Positions 50,715 to 64,000 of a DNA stretch of 64,000 nt are shown piece by piece (the stretch's first letter is position 1; every line of letters begins with the position of its first letter). Below the pieces are notes generated by a model. It was not told the origin of the DNA. It worked only from the letters and a program-made list of their open reading frames with translations, and made no database searches. The position numbers and the translations under genes were made by a program. Source of the stretch: Vicugna vicugna (Eukaryota); the NCBI GenBank assembly GCA_013265495.1, contig MU057711.1, positions 930,001-994,000 of the forward strand, read 5' to 3'.

Positions 50715-52440
50715 TCTATGAGGAAAACTACAAAAACTCTTAATAATGAAATCAAGGAATAACTACGTAAATAGAGAGATGTTCCATAGTCATGGAAAGA
50801 AAGGCTCAATATTGTCAAGATGTCAGTTTAGGAGAGGCAAAAACCAAGAATAGCAACACAACATTGAAGAAGAAAGTGGGATGACTGACATTACTCAACT
50901 TCAAGACTTATTCTTAAGCTACAGTAATCAGTGTGCTGTGGTAAAAGAACAGACAGTTCAGTGAGACAGACTCAAGATCCCAGAAATGAACCCATATAAA
51001 TATAGTGAGCTGATCTTTGATAAAAGAGCAAAGGTAATAAACACAATAGAGCAAAGGTAGTCTTTTTGGCAAATGGCGCTGAAACAACTGGACTTGTACG
51101 TGCAAAAAAAAAATCTAGACACAGATCTTATATTCTTCACAAAAATTAACTCAAAATGGACTATGGAACTAAATATAAAATACAAAACTGTTAAACTCCT
51201 AGAAGATAGCCTAGGAGAAATCCTAGGTGACCTTGAGTATGCTGATGAGTTTTTAGATGCAATATCAAAGGCACAATTCATGAAAGAAATAAATTATAAT
51301 CTAGATTTCATTTAAATTAAAACTTATTCTATGCAAAAGACACTGTCAAGAGAATGAGAAGACTAGCAACAGACTGGGAGAAAGTATTTTGCAAAAGACC
51401 ATCCAGTCGATAAAGGTTATTTGAGATATAGAAAGAGCTCTTGGAGGGGGTGGGTAATAGCTCAGTGGTAGAGTGCATGCTTAGCATGCATGAGGTCCTG
51501 GGTTCTATCCTCAGTACCTCCATTAAAGAAAAAAAAAATAGAGAAAGAAGTCTTAAAATTCAACAATAAAAATGGACAAACGAATCAAAAAGTGGGTGAA
51601 AGATCTTCACAGACACCTCATCAAAAAAAAAGACGTACAGATGGCAAGTAAGCATATAACAAGATGTGTAACATTATGTGTCATTAGGAAACTGCAAACT
51701 AAAACAATGTAGTGCCACTGCACGCCTATTAGAATGACCAAAATCCAAAACACTGACAATGCAAAATGCTAGTGAGGATGTGGAGAAACAGGGATTCCTG
51801 TTGCTGTTAGGGATGCAGAAGGGTACAGACACTCTGGAAGACAGTTTTGGTGTCTTCCTACAAAATGAAACGTATTCTTACCATAAGATACAGGAATCAC
51901 AGTCCTTGGTACTTACCCAAATGAACTGAAAACTAATGTCGACACAAACATCTGTACATGGATGTTTATAGCAACTTTATTCTTAGTTGTCAAAACATGG
52001 AATCAACCAAGATGTCCTTTAATTGGTGAGCAAATACAGAAACTGTGGTGCATCCAGACAATGGAATATTATTCAGCCTTGAAAAGAAATGAGCTATCAA
52101 ACTATGTAAAGACAGGCAGGGAATTTAAGGGCACATGACTAAGTGAAAGAAAAGGCTAGAGACTGATTCCAGCTGTACGACATTCTGGAAAAGGCAGAAT
52201 GCTGGAGACAGTAGAAGGATCTGTGGTTGAGGAGAAGGAGGGATGAACAGGTGGAGTACAGATGATTTTTTAAGGCAGCGAAATTATTCTGTGTGGTATA
52301 TGTCATTATACATTTGTCCAAACCCACAGAATATCCAAAACCAAAAGTGACCCTAATGCAGACTATGGACTTTGGGTGATAATATAGGTTCACTGATTGT
52401 AACCAATGCACCTCTATTGAGAGTGTGTAGGCAATGGGGG
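50715..52440 (+). mobile_element. Old L1 (L1MC-like) ORF2 3' part and 3' UTR
   Basis: TKINSKWTMELNIKYKTVKLLED motif and L1MC-like 3' UTR. Confidence 0.9.
51443..51540 (+). mobile_element. tRNA-Ala-derived SINE (short form)
   Basis: tagctcagtggtagagtgcatgcttagcatgcatgaggtcctgggttc...ctcca plus A-tail. Confidence 0.93.
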
Positions 52441-54684
52441 ACTGTGTCACTTTGTTGATTGTCAGAAACACAATACGCACTTAAAAAGTGGGAAGCTATT
52501 ATTTGGCCCCAAGAGAGTCTAAGTGTGCTGGCATTGCCCTAAAAACCACGAGCACTTCCAGGGTCGCCCAGCAAGAAGACCCCAGAGCCCTGGGCAGCAG
52601 CGCTAGGGGCAGTGTGACTGTGGTTGAGGGTGGAGTGGATGTTATAGAAAAGGGCAAGCAGTCCACTAGAGATGAGGTGACCAGGACGAAAGAGAAGTCA
52701 AAGAGAGAGGAGCCTTGAGTTCTAAATATCGAGGCTGCTCAGAACCTTAGAACAGGCCCCCAAATCAGTCCCAGCAGTGAGGCTTGACTGGGCATCCAGA
52801 GCAGAACTCCAGCTCAGGGTCCACCAGGCTGAAGCCCCCGGCTCCTGGCTCTAGACTGAGCCTCCTGCATCTCAGGCAGGCCAATGGCCAGGTGGCCCCT
52901 GCCACTAAACTTCACTCAGCTTCTGCAAAGCCATTTGCTGGCCTGGCTCCCACAAGTCAGAGCCCTGACATTGACATAGAGCACTTAGGGGCTTAATGTC
53001 CACCCTCTGGCTCCTCTCCCCATACCTGGCTGGATTCAGGTCTGCTGGGATCCCTAAGGACTCGAGGGAAGTGACCCTGGTCTGCTATCCTTGTTCGTGA
53101 CTTGCAGGAGCAAGCAGGTGGCTGGAGGAGCGTGTTGGGTTTTGTTTTGGAAGCGCATGTGGGAAGACGAGAAAAGGCAGCCTTTGTCTGGGAGGTGAGC
53201 CTCCCTGGGCGGTGGCTGTCTGCTGCTTTGGGAGCCTCTGGTGGGGCTGTCTGTCCGGCCCTGCCCAGCAGACCTGGGGGAGGGGCTCCCTCCATGCTGT
53301 TGCTGCTGCATTTGACTCTCCTCACCAAGAATCTCAGAATAGCCCGGCTGGAGGGTCCCTCCGAGATCAGTTGGACCAACCCTTCCCTCCACCATTGGGG
53401 AAGCAGAGGCCTCGCCATGTTGTCACCTAAAGGCAATGCAACAGGTGATTTATTTATCCATGTAACCTGGAATCTGCTGGCCACTGCGGTCAACATGCAG
53501 GGTGTCCAAGCAAACCCCAGAATTTGGAAGCCAGGCCTGGGACTGCCCTGAAGCCCATGGGTGGACATGAGTGGCCCATCTGGGTTCCCGGCAGAATCCT
53601 CAGAGAGGCTTTGTTGATGAAGTTGGGGGCTCACCGGCACGGTTGCGCTGGATGGCTGAGGCAAGGAGGGCCTGGGTTGTGGGCTTCGCAGGAGGAAGGG
53701 AGGGGTCCAACAGCAGAAGCTGGACTCTCGGAAGCAGGCATTTCTCCCCACTGTGGAGACGCGGCCCTGGGAAGTGGCAGGTCCTTGGGTTGCTGTGGAG
53801 TGGGGTCGTCCTGTCTTTGGCAGCCTCAACCACACCCTTGTGCCTGACCTGGGCCTAGAGATGTCTGTCTTCCAATGGGCCTCTTCATTTTAAACAAGGG
53901 GCCCCGGCATGGGACACTCCAGCTGAGAGGCAGGGCCTGGCCCCCATGGATCTTGGAGGGCATCGTTCTGGAGCCCTTGCTCAACCCCACAGGAGTGTCG
54001 GGTCCGCCTTGGCAAACAGGGGCTCCAAACAGGTTTCATTTTGTTGAGAAAAATCAAGAAATGTCACTGAGAAGTGCCAAGAAACACAGCACTCCTTTAA
54101 CCTGGGGCTGGCCTCAGGCGGGTTAGTACCTGTGGTAGAGATTTTATATGTTCGTCAGCAGGTCCAGGAGCTCTGGTGGCAGCCCACAGTTTACACTGGC
54201 TCCGGCTCCCTTCCAGTACACCTCGCCCCCTTCGCCGGGCGCCACCCTGCCAGTCCCACCCAATCTTCTCTGGGGGCCTTTTTCAGTCACACCCCTGGAT
54301 GGGATCAGTGCTCGCTCCTCTGATGCCAGGCATGTGGGTTCTCAGATTCAGGTGGGAATGACACTTTTGTCTCCATTCATACACTCCTGCTCCTCCCAGG
54401 CCATCTCCACATGGCAGCTGACGAGCATTTTAGATCATCTGTTTGATCAGGTCACTTCCTGGCTTCACGGTGCCCTCAGGCTCAGAACCTAAACCCAGCC
54501 AATGGCTTCCAGAGCCCTGTGCCCTGCCTAGCTTTCCATCTCACTTTCCGCTCCTGCACAGCTTCCCTTTGGTGCTCACGTCTGCCCGCCTCCTTCCCAC
54601 CGCAGCGCTGTCCATATGCTACCCCCTGCCTGGCTGACTCCAGCATACCCTACAAGCCCTGCTTCTGGGAGGGATTCACTGTTT

Positions 54685-55205
54685 TCCCAAGGAGGCTGCT
54701 CCAGTATGTATGCATTCCATCCCTCATCCTCTTATGGGGTGGCATTGAGGCTCTCTTCCAAGAGGAAGGGTCTCTGTTTCCTACACTTAGACCTGGCCAG
54801 AGCCTAGTAACTGCTTCGACCAGTAGAAGATGGTGGAAGTGACGCTGCCTGACTTCCAAAGCCCGTACAAAGCGATGTGGCTTCCTCCCAGCCCTTTCTC
54901 TCTTGGGATGCTTATTCTTAGAACACAGCTCCTATGTTGTAAGGAAGCTCAGGCCTCAGAGAGAGGCTACATGAGAGTCCTAACCGTGAAGACAGGCCCA
55001 CATGGGAGCAAGGGAGCTTCCAGAAGGTTCTGGCACTCAGCCTTCAAGTCTTCCAGCTGAATCCCCATGCATCACAGAGACAAGCAGTCCCCACTGTGTC
55101 CTTTCTTTCTACATTTCTGATCCACAGAAGCTGTGAGAGATAATCAGAGATTGTCATTTAAGCCACTACATTTGGGGATAATTTGTTATGCAGCATTGAC
55201 CAGCC
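54685..55205 (+). mobile_element. MLT1-like MaLR LTR
   Basis: 'gaccagtagaagatggtggaagtgacgctgcctgacttcc', 'ttaagccactacatttggggataatttgttatgcagca'. Confidence 0.8.
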
Positions 55206-57793
55206 CCTCTGCCCCGCCTTCCCCTTGTCATATGCTCACAGTACCCTCTACGTTCCCTCTTTGCTTTATCACCACTGCCATTGTCTATTTGCATGTGTGT
55301 TGGAGGAATGGCTCCTTCCCCCACTGGGACGAGAGCTCCACCAGGGCCAGAACCCCGTCTGCTGTGTCCGTTCTGTCCCTGGCAGCGAGCACAGTGCCTG
55401 GCTCTGTGTTCACAGCATGAGGCTTAATCAAAGCTAGTGAGAGACAGAGGCCTGCGCCAGCGACCTCAAAGCAGAATTCTGATGCTTCCAGGAATCTCTT
55501 GGGCACCAGAAGGTGACAGTGAGTGGGGAGGACCTGGATGGCTGGGGACAGGGTGAGTGGCAGCAGAGGGCAGATCCTTGCGGCCATTGGAGCGGGGTAA
55601 ACTTCAGACTCTGGTGCTCTGTCTGACTCCGGTCCACTTGGCAACCCCTCCTCCTGCTGAGAATCCTTTGATCTCTTCCCAGGCCATTGGACACAGCTCG
55701 CTAATTCCTGCAGGGGCCTTGGTGCCACCGCATCCTCCCTCCACATCCCCCAGTGAGTGCTCTGTCCCTCTACATGTCCCTGCAGACCATGGTTGTTACA
55801 GCTTTTCAGACCCACTCCCACATGTGTCTCTTCCAGGAAGCCTTCCAGGATGGGGCCCCTTATCTTTAGGACCACCTCGTCACCTGTCACAGGAGGGCTC
55901 AGGCACCCAGTGGCCAGTCAGCACTAGGGGGAGGCCGTGAAAGTCTTCAGATCACCTCAGATGAAAATAAGCTGATAAAGGCTCATGGGGTACACCACAG
56001 AACAAGCCAATAGCCTCCCCAACATCTTCCCCTGAGACCTTTCCCCAGTCTCCTAGCTGGACCTTTCCTCTACCCATCACCATAGCAACCTGCATCTCGT
56101 GACAAGCAGCACAGGGACTGCAGAGGGCACAGGAGGCATGAGCCTTTGCCTCCATCTGTCCTGGGAGGTTTTCGCTCTGTCTCTTACCTTGGAGGTCTCC
56201 CCCCACATCAGGAACTGGCTGGATGCCCGTCAGCCCTTGTTTGGGGTAAGGAAGAGCCCGGTGACCCCTTCTGCTTAGTCCCAATTTTCTTTCTCCTACT
56301 TTTCTAGCTTGATGGCAGGTTTATAAGGCCACAGGAAAAACAAACTGAGATTTACATTTTATGATTCTTGAAACAGCTTTTTTGTCTTTTGGACACTTTG
56401 GGAGTCACAGTTCCTACGCTGCCCAGCCATCAGCCACTGCCCGGCGGGAGGCTAGCTAATCCTTCTACTGTGCTCTGCCAAGGCTGTGGACACAGCTGAC
56501 TCCTACGTCCCAGCCTGGGAAAGAGGAAGGCCAAGTGCTCTGAGAACACTCGTTGCTCTGTCCACGAGTGAAAACACAGGAGGGGTTGCTGGGGGGCTGT
56601 GTCGAGGGCAGATCTGGGGATCAGCCAAGACAGCGTAAAACTCAGCCCCTCTTTAATGTGGGCGCCCAGCACCCTCCACCTAACTTCGATTGTATAGGAC
56701 GCCTTGGCTCCTCCCTCCGCAAATGCTGACACTTGCTTGGGTCACAAGCCCTTCTGTTCATTTACTTGAGGGTCTTCCCATCGGCTGGTCCCTGCATCGC
56801 CCTGGCACACAGGAGAGCTCGTGGGTTTACTCCGCCCGGAGGCCCCTTGGCGCCAGCTGGCAGTGGTGACTCAGAGCTGTGCTGCCTATTCCACTCCCCC
56901 CTTCCCCTGGGTGTCTTCTTAGCAAGGGATGGGCCCTGCACTCCCCAGGTAGCTTTCTGCACCTGCCCCAACCCCAACTTCTAATACCTGTCTTTGTGGT
57001 AGCCCAGCCTCCTCAGAGGGGGCTTCCAGGCAGCTGCAGCTTGCCTGAGCTTGTGACCCAGCTGCCTGGCAGGAGCTGATGGAAGCAGCGATGCTGTGGG
57101 AGGCGCCGGAGGATGCCTGTGACGCTCTCCAGGGAACCTCAGAATGTGGGCACGAAAGGGACTCAGGCCCTTGGTGGGCAGCAGAGGAGGCAGAGGCAGA
57201 GAGGAGACCTGCTTCTCATGTGTCAGTCACAGCGTCTTTGTCATCCAGTGTCCTTCCTGTGGCCCCATGGCAGGTGCCAATGGCTGGCTGTGCTCAGGGG
57301 TGGAAGCTGATCAGACTAAGGCTGGGCACCGACCCAGGACTGTGCATCCATAGATTGGTCAGCCATGTATGAAGGGGGCTGGGGCAAAGAACTCTGACCC
57401 CAGGTGGGGGGATATTAGCTAAACCAATCAGATTTGGACCAGACAAGAGAATACAGAAGAATTGGGCAGTTGGGACCAAGAAGAGACCAGAGATGCCACC
57501 AGAGTTGCCACCAGAGAGATCCCAGAGCCAAAACGGCTGAGGTTTCTAGGCCACCTTGGGAAGCTCTGGACCTCGAGTCCTGCTGGGGTCACAACTCTGC
57601 TTCCCCCATCACTGTCTCCGCCCTGCCCCATGGCTTCTGTCGTGGCCACTGCCGGTCCCAATGTACCTGTGTTCAGGGGTTTTGTTTTTTATATAAGTTT
57701 CATGGTTTCACATCTAGACCTATGACCCATTTTGAGTTAACTTCTGTGTATGTATGATCTATGGGTGGAGGTTTTATTTTTTGGCTTATGGAT

Positions 57794-58386
57794 TATATTA
57801 ATTTTCTATGTTGCATCATACATTACCTCACACTTAGTGGCTTAAAACAACATACACTTATTATCTCATAGTTCCTGTGGCTCAGGAGTCTGGGCACAGC
57901 TTAACTGGGTCATCTTAGGGTCTCACTGGGCTGCAATTAGGGTGTTAGCCAGGCTGCGTTCTCATCTGGAGGCTTGACTAGAATAAATCTGCTGCCAAGC
58001 TCATTCAAGTTGTTGGCAGAATTGACTTCCTTACAGCTATAGGACTGGGGGCCCTGGCTTCTTGCGGGCCACCTCCAGCTCCTTGAGGTCACCCAGTTCC
58101 TAGAGGGCTCCTGCAGTTTCCTGTCACATGGGATTTCCAAACACAGCTGCTTTACTCCATCAAGCCAGCAAGGAGAGTCCCCAGAGCAAGCTGCTAGCAG
58201 GATGGAGTCTCGTGCAACATGACATAATCGTGGGAACGACGTCGCCCCACTTTGCCATATTCCATTGGTGAGAAGTCAGTCACAATCCCATCCACACTCA
58301 AAGGGGATGGGTTTACACAAGGGTATGAACACCAGGAGGCAAGGGCCATGGCTGGGGGGTGGTCATCTAAGAGTCTGTCTGTCACA
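57794..58386 (-). mobile_element. MLT1-like MaLR LTR nested in old L1 (about 57690-58730)
   Basis: 'cttagtggcttaaaacaacatacacttattatctcatagttcctgtggctcaggagtctgggcacagc'. Confidence 0.88.
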
Positions 58387-59599
58387 AGGACAAGCCATTT
58401 ACTGAAAAGACTAACCTTTCTTCATTGAATTGTCTCTGCGCTTTTGTCAAAGCCAATTGACCATATTTGTGTGAGTCTATTTCTGGACCTTCTACTCCAC
58501 TGATCTATGTGTCTATCTTTTTGCCACTAACACAATGTCCTGATTCTGTAGTTTCATGCTAAATCTGGAAATCATGTAGTGTGAGACCCCCAGTTTTGCT
58601 GTTCTTTTTCAAGTGTGTTTTCGGATATTCTTGGTTTTTCGCTTTTCTGTGTAAATTTTAGAATCAGCTTGCAAGTTTTTACAAAAAGTCTTGCTGGAAT
58701 TTTGAGTGGGACTGCTTTGAATCTATAGAAATGATTTAAAAATGTGAGTCAAGATTTAAAAATTGATTTGAGCTTACATTGAAAACAATCCAGATTTCTA
58801 GGTTTTCTTTTTTAAAACAATGGGAAGATGGGACCACAGCAGGCCTGCAGTTCTGCAGGGCAACAGTCTCCCCGGCTCATCCCCCCAGATGGGCCCTGTG
58901 CTCAGGGCCCCGGTGCTGACCTGACTCTTGTGCCCACACTCTCTGTTCCTTCACCAGCACCGTCACCTGCCTGGTCCCTTTGGCCCTGGAGTTTGTGATT
59001 CCTGTGTTAGATTCTGGCTTCGAGGGCAGGATGCGCTCCCTCCTACTCTACACCAGGTTAATATCTTGCACTTGTTCAGAGCTCAGTTCTGTACTCAGGG
59101 TTCCTGAGCGGGCTTCCTGGACCCAAGAAAGGGGAGAATTCCAGGCTAGTGACCTTGGAGCTCCCGGTGCTTCTCCTTCTCGGTCCTTGGTCTGGGGGTG
59201 AAGTGTGACTTGGTGCTCAATGTCTCTCTCACCCAGAGAGCCCCATGAGAGCAGGGACCATGGCTTTTGGTCACTGCTGTATCTCCAGTGCTGGCCACAG
59301 TGTCTGGCACGGAGAAGATGCTCAAGGAACATTCAATTGAAGGACAGATGCGCCCTTCTCGCAGGCTGTAGCGATGAACCCTTAAGCTGCTCCTCACGTC
59401 CTCCCTCCCTCCGCACCCCCATCCCCTTGGTCCCCTCACTTGATGACCTGCCTGTGAAAACAGCCAAAGAGGACCCTCATGTTCCAGGCCTCCAAACTGC
59501 TGGCTTCTAACAAGGCAAACAATCTCCTTAGAGGGCGGGCAGGCCTCCCTGCCTGGCCTGAGGGCTTTGGCTTTTCTTTCTTTCATTCTTTAGTCTTAA

Positions 59600-60150
59600 T
59601 GAATTTACTTTTTAAAAACTAAAGCATTCTTTATGTACATTAAAATACACAGATCCTAAATGGTCAGTGACTGTTTTGACTATTGTACACACAAGTATAA
59701 CTACCACTCAAAACAAAATAGAGTTCCATCGCCCTAGAAAGTTTCCCCACGGCCTCCAGCTCGCTCTGATTGCTATTCCCATAGAGTAGTTTTGCCTTTT
59801 CTAAAACTTCCTATACATGATTCATACAGTGTGTACTCTTTGCCTGGCTTTTTTCACTCAGCCGAACTTTGAGGACTGTGAGGTTCATCCGTCCTGTTGT
59901 GTCTGTCTGTGCAGCCAGAATAGAGTTGTCTGAGCGTCTGCTGAGCGGTACTCCATCTTGCAAATGTTCCACAATTAGTTTACCCTTTCACCTCTTGGAC
60001 ACTTGGGTCGCTTCCAGTTTGGGCTATTAGGAATAAGGCTGCCATAGGTGTTTTTGTACAAGCCTTTTGGTGGGCCTATGTTTTCATTCTCTTCAGTACC
60101 TGGGAATGCAACTGCTGCGTCGTACTGAAGAATGTGTCTAACTTTGTAAA
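59600..60150 (-). mobile_element. Old L1ME-like 3' UTR
   Basis: 'ggacacttgggtcgcttccagtttgggctatt' and L1 terminal motifs. Confidence 0.75.
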
Positions 60151-60605
60151 AAACTTTTGCTTATTTTCTAAGGAAGGCTCAGTTTGTCCTTCCTGCTCTT
60201 GGCCTCCTTTGTTTCTGAGAAAAAGGAGATTCCAGGGATCAGCAAAGATGAAGGCTGTAAGACTTTTCAGGAGTCAGCCCCGGACTCCTTATCTCAAAAT
60301 GGGGACCCAGGCCTGGGGAGGGGAGATGTTCATTCAAGCGACCTCTGAGAGACCTGGAACAGCCAGAGCTGGGACTAGTGTCTTCTGATAAATTTGCTCC
60401 TGGCTTCAGCCAGGTAGAGAGGGCATCTGTTCCTGCAACCAAATTTCTTGACAGAAACACAAGAGAAGTGCAATCTCCAGTCCCTGCTTACTGTCCCATA
60501 TACATCTGCCCCAGGAGCAATGGGGGATGCCAGACAGGTGAGGACCCAGGCCATGCCGCCTCGTTCACAGCTGTGTGCTCCCTGATGTGCTGAGAGGTAC
60601 CGAGC

Positions 60606-60641
60606 CTTCCTGGAAGACTTCCTGGAAGACTTCCTGGAAGA
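60606..60641. repeat. Three perfect 12-bp tandem repeats CTTCCTGGAAGA
   Basis: Directly visible; each unit contains TTCCTGGAA (TTCN3GAA). Confidence 0.95.
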
Positions 60642-63600
60642 GTGGGCTTGGAGCTGATGCTTGGAGAACCATCCCTCCCAAATCTCACAGTGCTGTGAGA
60701 TTTCTGTGGGTCTGTCTCACAGCCGGCCAGTCCAGTAGCAGTGGGGGGACACTTGTTTTATATGCTGGGACACTGACACCCAAGAGGGGAAGGGAGAAGC
60801 CCAAGGGAATTCACAGCAGAGTTGGGACCAGAACCCGAGGGCCCTGGCCCTGAGAGGAGATGGATTTAGTGGTGTTAGGGGTGGGAACTTTGCCCTCGCC
60901 CCCTACAACTAGAGAGCAGCCATGAACGAGCCTGGGAGCGTGAGCTTCGGCCCTGGACAGCTGGTTGCAATTACCAAGGGCAGGAGGACAGGCAGGCGAG
61001 GGGTGCCCTCCTTCCTGGAGGGGAGAAGGAAGGCAGGGCCCTGAAAAAAGGCCCTGGAAGGCAGGCCAGCTGGACGGTTCTTCTTTAAACATCCCAACTG
61101 AGAAAAATCAAACAGCCTTCTTTTGGCTACTTTTCTCTGGTCCACCAACTGGGCATGTGATTCTGAAGACTTCATAACATTTTGAAAGATAAGAAAAAAA
61201 GTGCTTTTTTTTCTTGGAAAGCAATGCACAACTGCTTTGCTGTAGTTTTGCCCTTCAGAGGCGCCTCTTGGGTTCCCCTGGGCAGCGCTGGCTGGTCAAG
61301 CCCTGGGGCACATGGGGCCCACCCAGCTCCAGGGCTCGGCTGTGTGCCCTGCTCTGCGTGGCCACGGGAATCAGGTGCTGTGTACATGAGTCCTGGAACC
61401 TGGCCTTTCTCTCTTTCTCTCCCCTTCTAAGGGTCCTGGCCTGCCCTGTACAGGAGCAGGAGGATGGAGCCTTCTTCAGACCATTGGCAGTCAAGGTTGT
61501 GGTTGCCTTGGTGGGGGTGGGGAGGGCACCGGGGCTCCGGGGTGCGGGGCTCACCTGTTCCATTTCTTCATCTGGAGGCTGGTGACATGGTGACACGGTC
61601 GGTTTGGGAACACTCAGCAAGCTGCCTGTTGATGACTTGTGTCCTCTTCTATGTGTCACATACACCTCAAAAAAGTTGAAAAAAGCGTAAAGGAACTAGC
61701 CCACTCGATTAACATGGGGCCAACGACAGGCATTACCTTGCCAAACGGGGATGACCGAGTGTAGGGGAAACAAAGGCACAGAGGAGGTGAGGAGGTTATA
61801 CATTAAGTCATGATCAGGAGTGAATCTCTGTCCCTAAAAAAGCCAATTTGCCCTTTTCCCAAAGAGGAGCCAGTGGGTCTTCTCGATACCAGGGTAGGTC
61901 CTGGAACACTGAGGTCACAGGTGGCAGGCAGGGGCCCCCCTTCTGTCGTGGCTCTTCAGGGAGGGGACGAATGGAAGGCCAGAGGTGTTGCCGCAGGAGA
62001 CCCAGCTCAGGTCTTGGGGAAGATGCAGTCGTGACCATTTGGTAAGAGGCCACCACATGCTGCCGACGGGAGACGTCCTGGGGAGCCCACCCCCTCGACA
62101 CTGCAGGAATGGAGCTGGGTTAGCTGGAAACGCAGGCCGCCTTCCTGTTCCAAGAGCAGGGAGGGCTGGAGCAGGGCTCCTGCCAGGCGCGGGAACAGGC
62201 TTCGGAAGGGCTTTTCCAAGGGCAGACCGTGCACCCCCCTGTAGGTGCACGGCTCAGGGAAAGAAGGCAGAACACATTCCAGAGGACCCAGCAACCCCTC
62301 TTCTCTGACCTCTCCAGCCTCTGAGCCTGCCTTCCTTCTTATCTCTGCCAGGAATGCTCTCCCACCCACAGCCCCACCCTCTCCGCCTGGCTAATGCCAC
62401 CTACCCCACCCCACTTCTGTCTTGGGTCCCCTGGCCCAGGAAAGCTGTCAGCCCCCCACAGTCACCCATCCCAGCCGAAAGGTAGTCTTCAGAAGGTACT
62501 AGAGACTGACATCAGTGAATGCACGCATGGACAGCCAGCTGTGGTCTCCTGAGTCATTTGGTGGAGAGATGGAGTAAGGACCTCTGGGTTCAAGTCTTGG
62601 CTCTGCAGGTCACAGGAAGGCCCTGCCTCAGTTTCCACTTCTGTAGGGTGGGGTAAACATTCTTGTCTACCCCATTGGGCCACTGTAGAGACACAGCCCA
62701 GTAGGAAGACGGTGAGCAGCTGTGGCTGGGACTGTGAGAGATGACATGGGAAGACCAAAGGATGGGGTCTGGGTTCAGTTTGGAGGGGGCGGAGGAGAAG
62801 GGACGGAGTCAAGGTTCACATCATCAAGTCAGTTTCCACTGGGGGATTCTCAGGCCTGGTGGTCACCATGACAGCGACAGGGGGATGCAGAGCCCCCAAG
62901 GGGTGGCTTAGGCTGGGACGATCATTCCCATAAGCCTCGGGGTAGCAGATGGATCCGAGCCTGGGTGCTGGATGTCTGAGGTAGGCAGCACCCTCAGCCA
63001 CCATCAGCTCTGGGGTAGTCCAGGGCCTCTTCCCACCAGCTTTGCTGGTGTCCTCTTAGAGCCAGTCACCCTCCACCGTCTGACTCAGAGCTACCTCCAT
63101 CTGTGTGCAATGCTCAGGCTGGTTTTCAGTGCCCATGTTCGGGGTCTTAGGGAAGAAACCTGGAGGTATCAGAAAGCAGGAAACGCTCTGAGGGAAGAGA
63201 CCCGCATCTCCCAGGGAGGCAGTGGAGAGAACCAACGCTGGAGTAAGACCTGGATTCAAGGTTTGCCTCACATAACGGCTGATGGTTGTGGGAGTCTAAG
63301 CCAGCCGGCCTCAGCATGCTGAAATGGGAGGTCTCCATGTGGCAGACTCTTTCTGTCCTCTGCAGTGTATGCTGACCCTGCTGGGCTCCCAGGCCCTGTC
63401 AGGGCCTTGTTGGGCAGTGACTGGGGTCTGCAGGGCATATGACAGGCAACGAGAAGGCCCTGGTTTGGTGGAAAGAAGCCTGCATGCTCAGTAGGTGCCA
63501 GGCGCTCCCCTCACTCTGTACTTTCAGCAATGTCCCCAGGTGTGATCAGAGCCAGCTTCTGCCAAGAACTGAGGACACACAGCTGGGCGGGGGGTGGAGA

Positions 63601-64000
63601 GGAACAACCAAGCCAGCACCAGCCACTTGTTACAGGAGGGAGCTGGAGGGGGCCCCTCTGGCCACCCAGCTCCATGCTCCTCTGCGCGCGGGGTCCCCGC
63701 CTCTGCGGGGTCTGGGATTTGGGAAACACCGAAGGTCAGAAGAGGCCTTGAGGAAGAGCTCTTCCTGGAGCCACGTACGAGACTGAAGGTGGCTGTCAGG
63801 AAAAGGAGGGGCTCACAGAGGCCAGGCCCATTTCTTAAGCTTTGATCTCCATGTCGGTTCTCTGGGTTCTCAGTCTGAAGGCACGTGGGATCCCTGGGGA
63901 GTTCTAGAGAGGCTGATCTGCCCAGTTTGGGGCGTGGCCTGGGCACGAGCATGTTTAATTGCTCTGATGTGCATCAGGATTGAAAACCACTAGCTGTGAG

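Noticed and set aside
51443..51523. Apparent tRNA-Ala(AGC) gene (also at 19231, 15720, 12515)
   Set aside because: A-tails, TSDs and mutual divergence show these are SINE copies.
52993..53835. 280-aa ORF
   Set aside because: Pro/Ser/Gly-rich, no recognisable domain, many overlapping ORFs on both strands as expected in GC-rich DNA.
61800..64000. GC-rich stretch with many ORFs and a splice-acceptor-like site near 62102 (minus)
   Set aside because: No recognisable protein in any frame and not a clear CpG island.

Overview
Eukaryotic (mammalian) repeat-rich intergenic or intronic DNA, not prokaryotic. The tRNA-Ala(AGC)-derived SINEs with a 'taaacctaattacctcccc' tail resemble the camelid vic-1 family, so the source is probably camel, alpaca or llama. 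I could not identify any intact protein-coding gene; the long ORFs are decayed LINE-1 ORF2 or chance ORFs in GC-rich DNA. Much of the window is nested L1, MIR/L2, MaLR and ERV solo LTRs, MER DNA transposons and SINEs. Recognisable gene-derived pieces: (1) a SNORA70-intron-RPL10 semi-processed retrocopy that begins at the snoRNA 5' end (41158-41727, minus); (2) a 5'-truncated AEBP2 processed pseudogene (43371-45092, plus); (3) an unidentified mRNA 3'-UTR fused to an L1 fragment inside a SINE (12159-12501). Smaller oddities include a double templated-inversion repair scar, a 135-bp AP-1/NF-kB-motif tandem duplication, a triple GAS/STAT array and several unexplained inserts. I found no convincing evidence of a wholly new biological system. 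Gene and repeat identities come from recalled sequences and need database confirmation.
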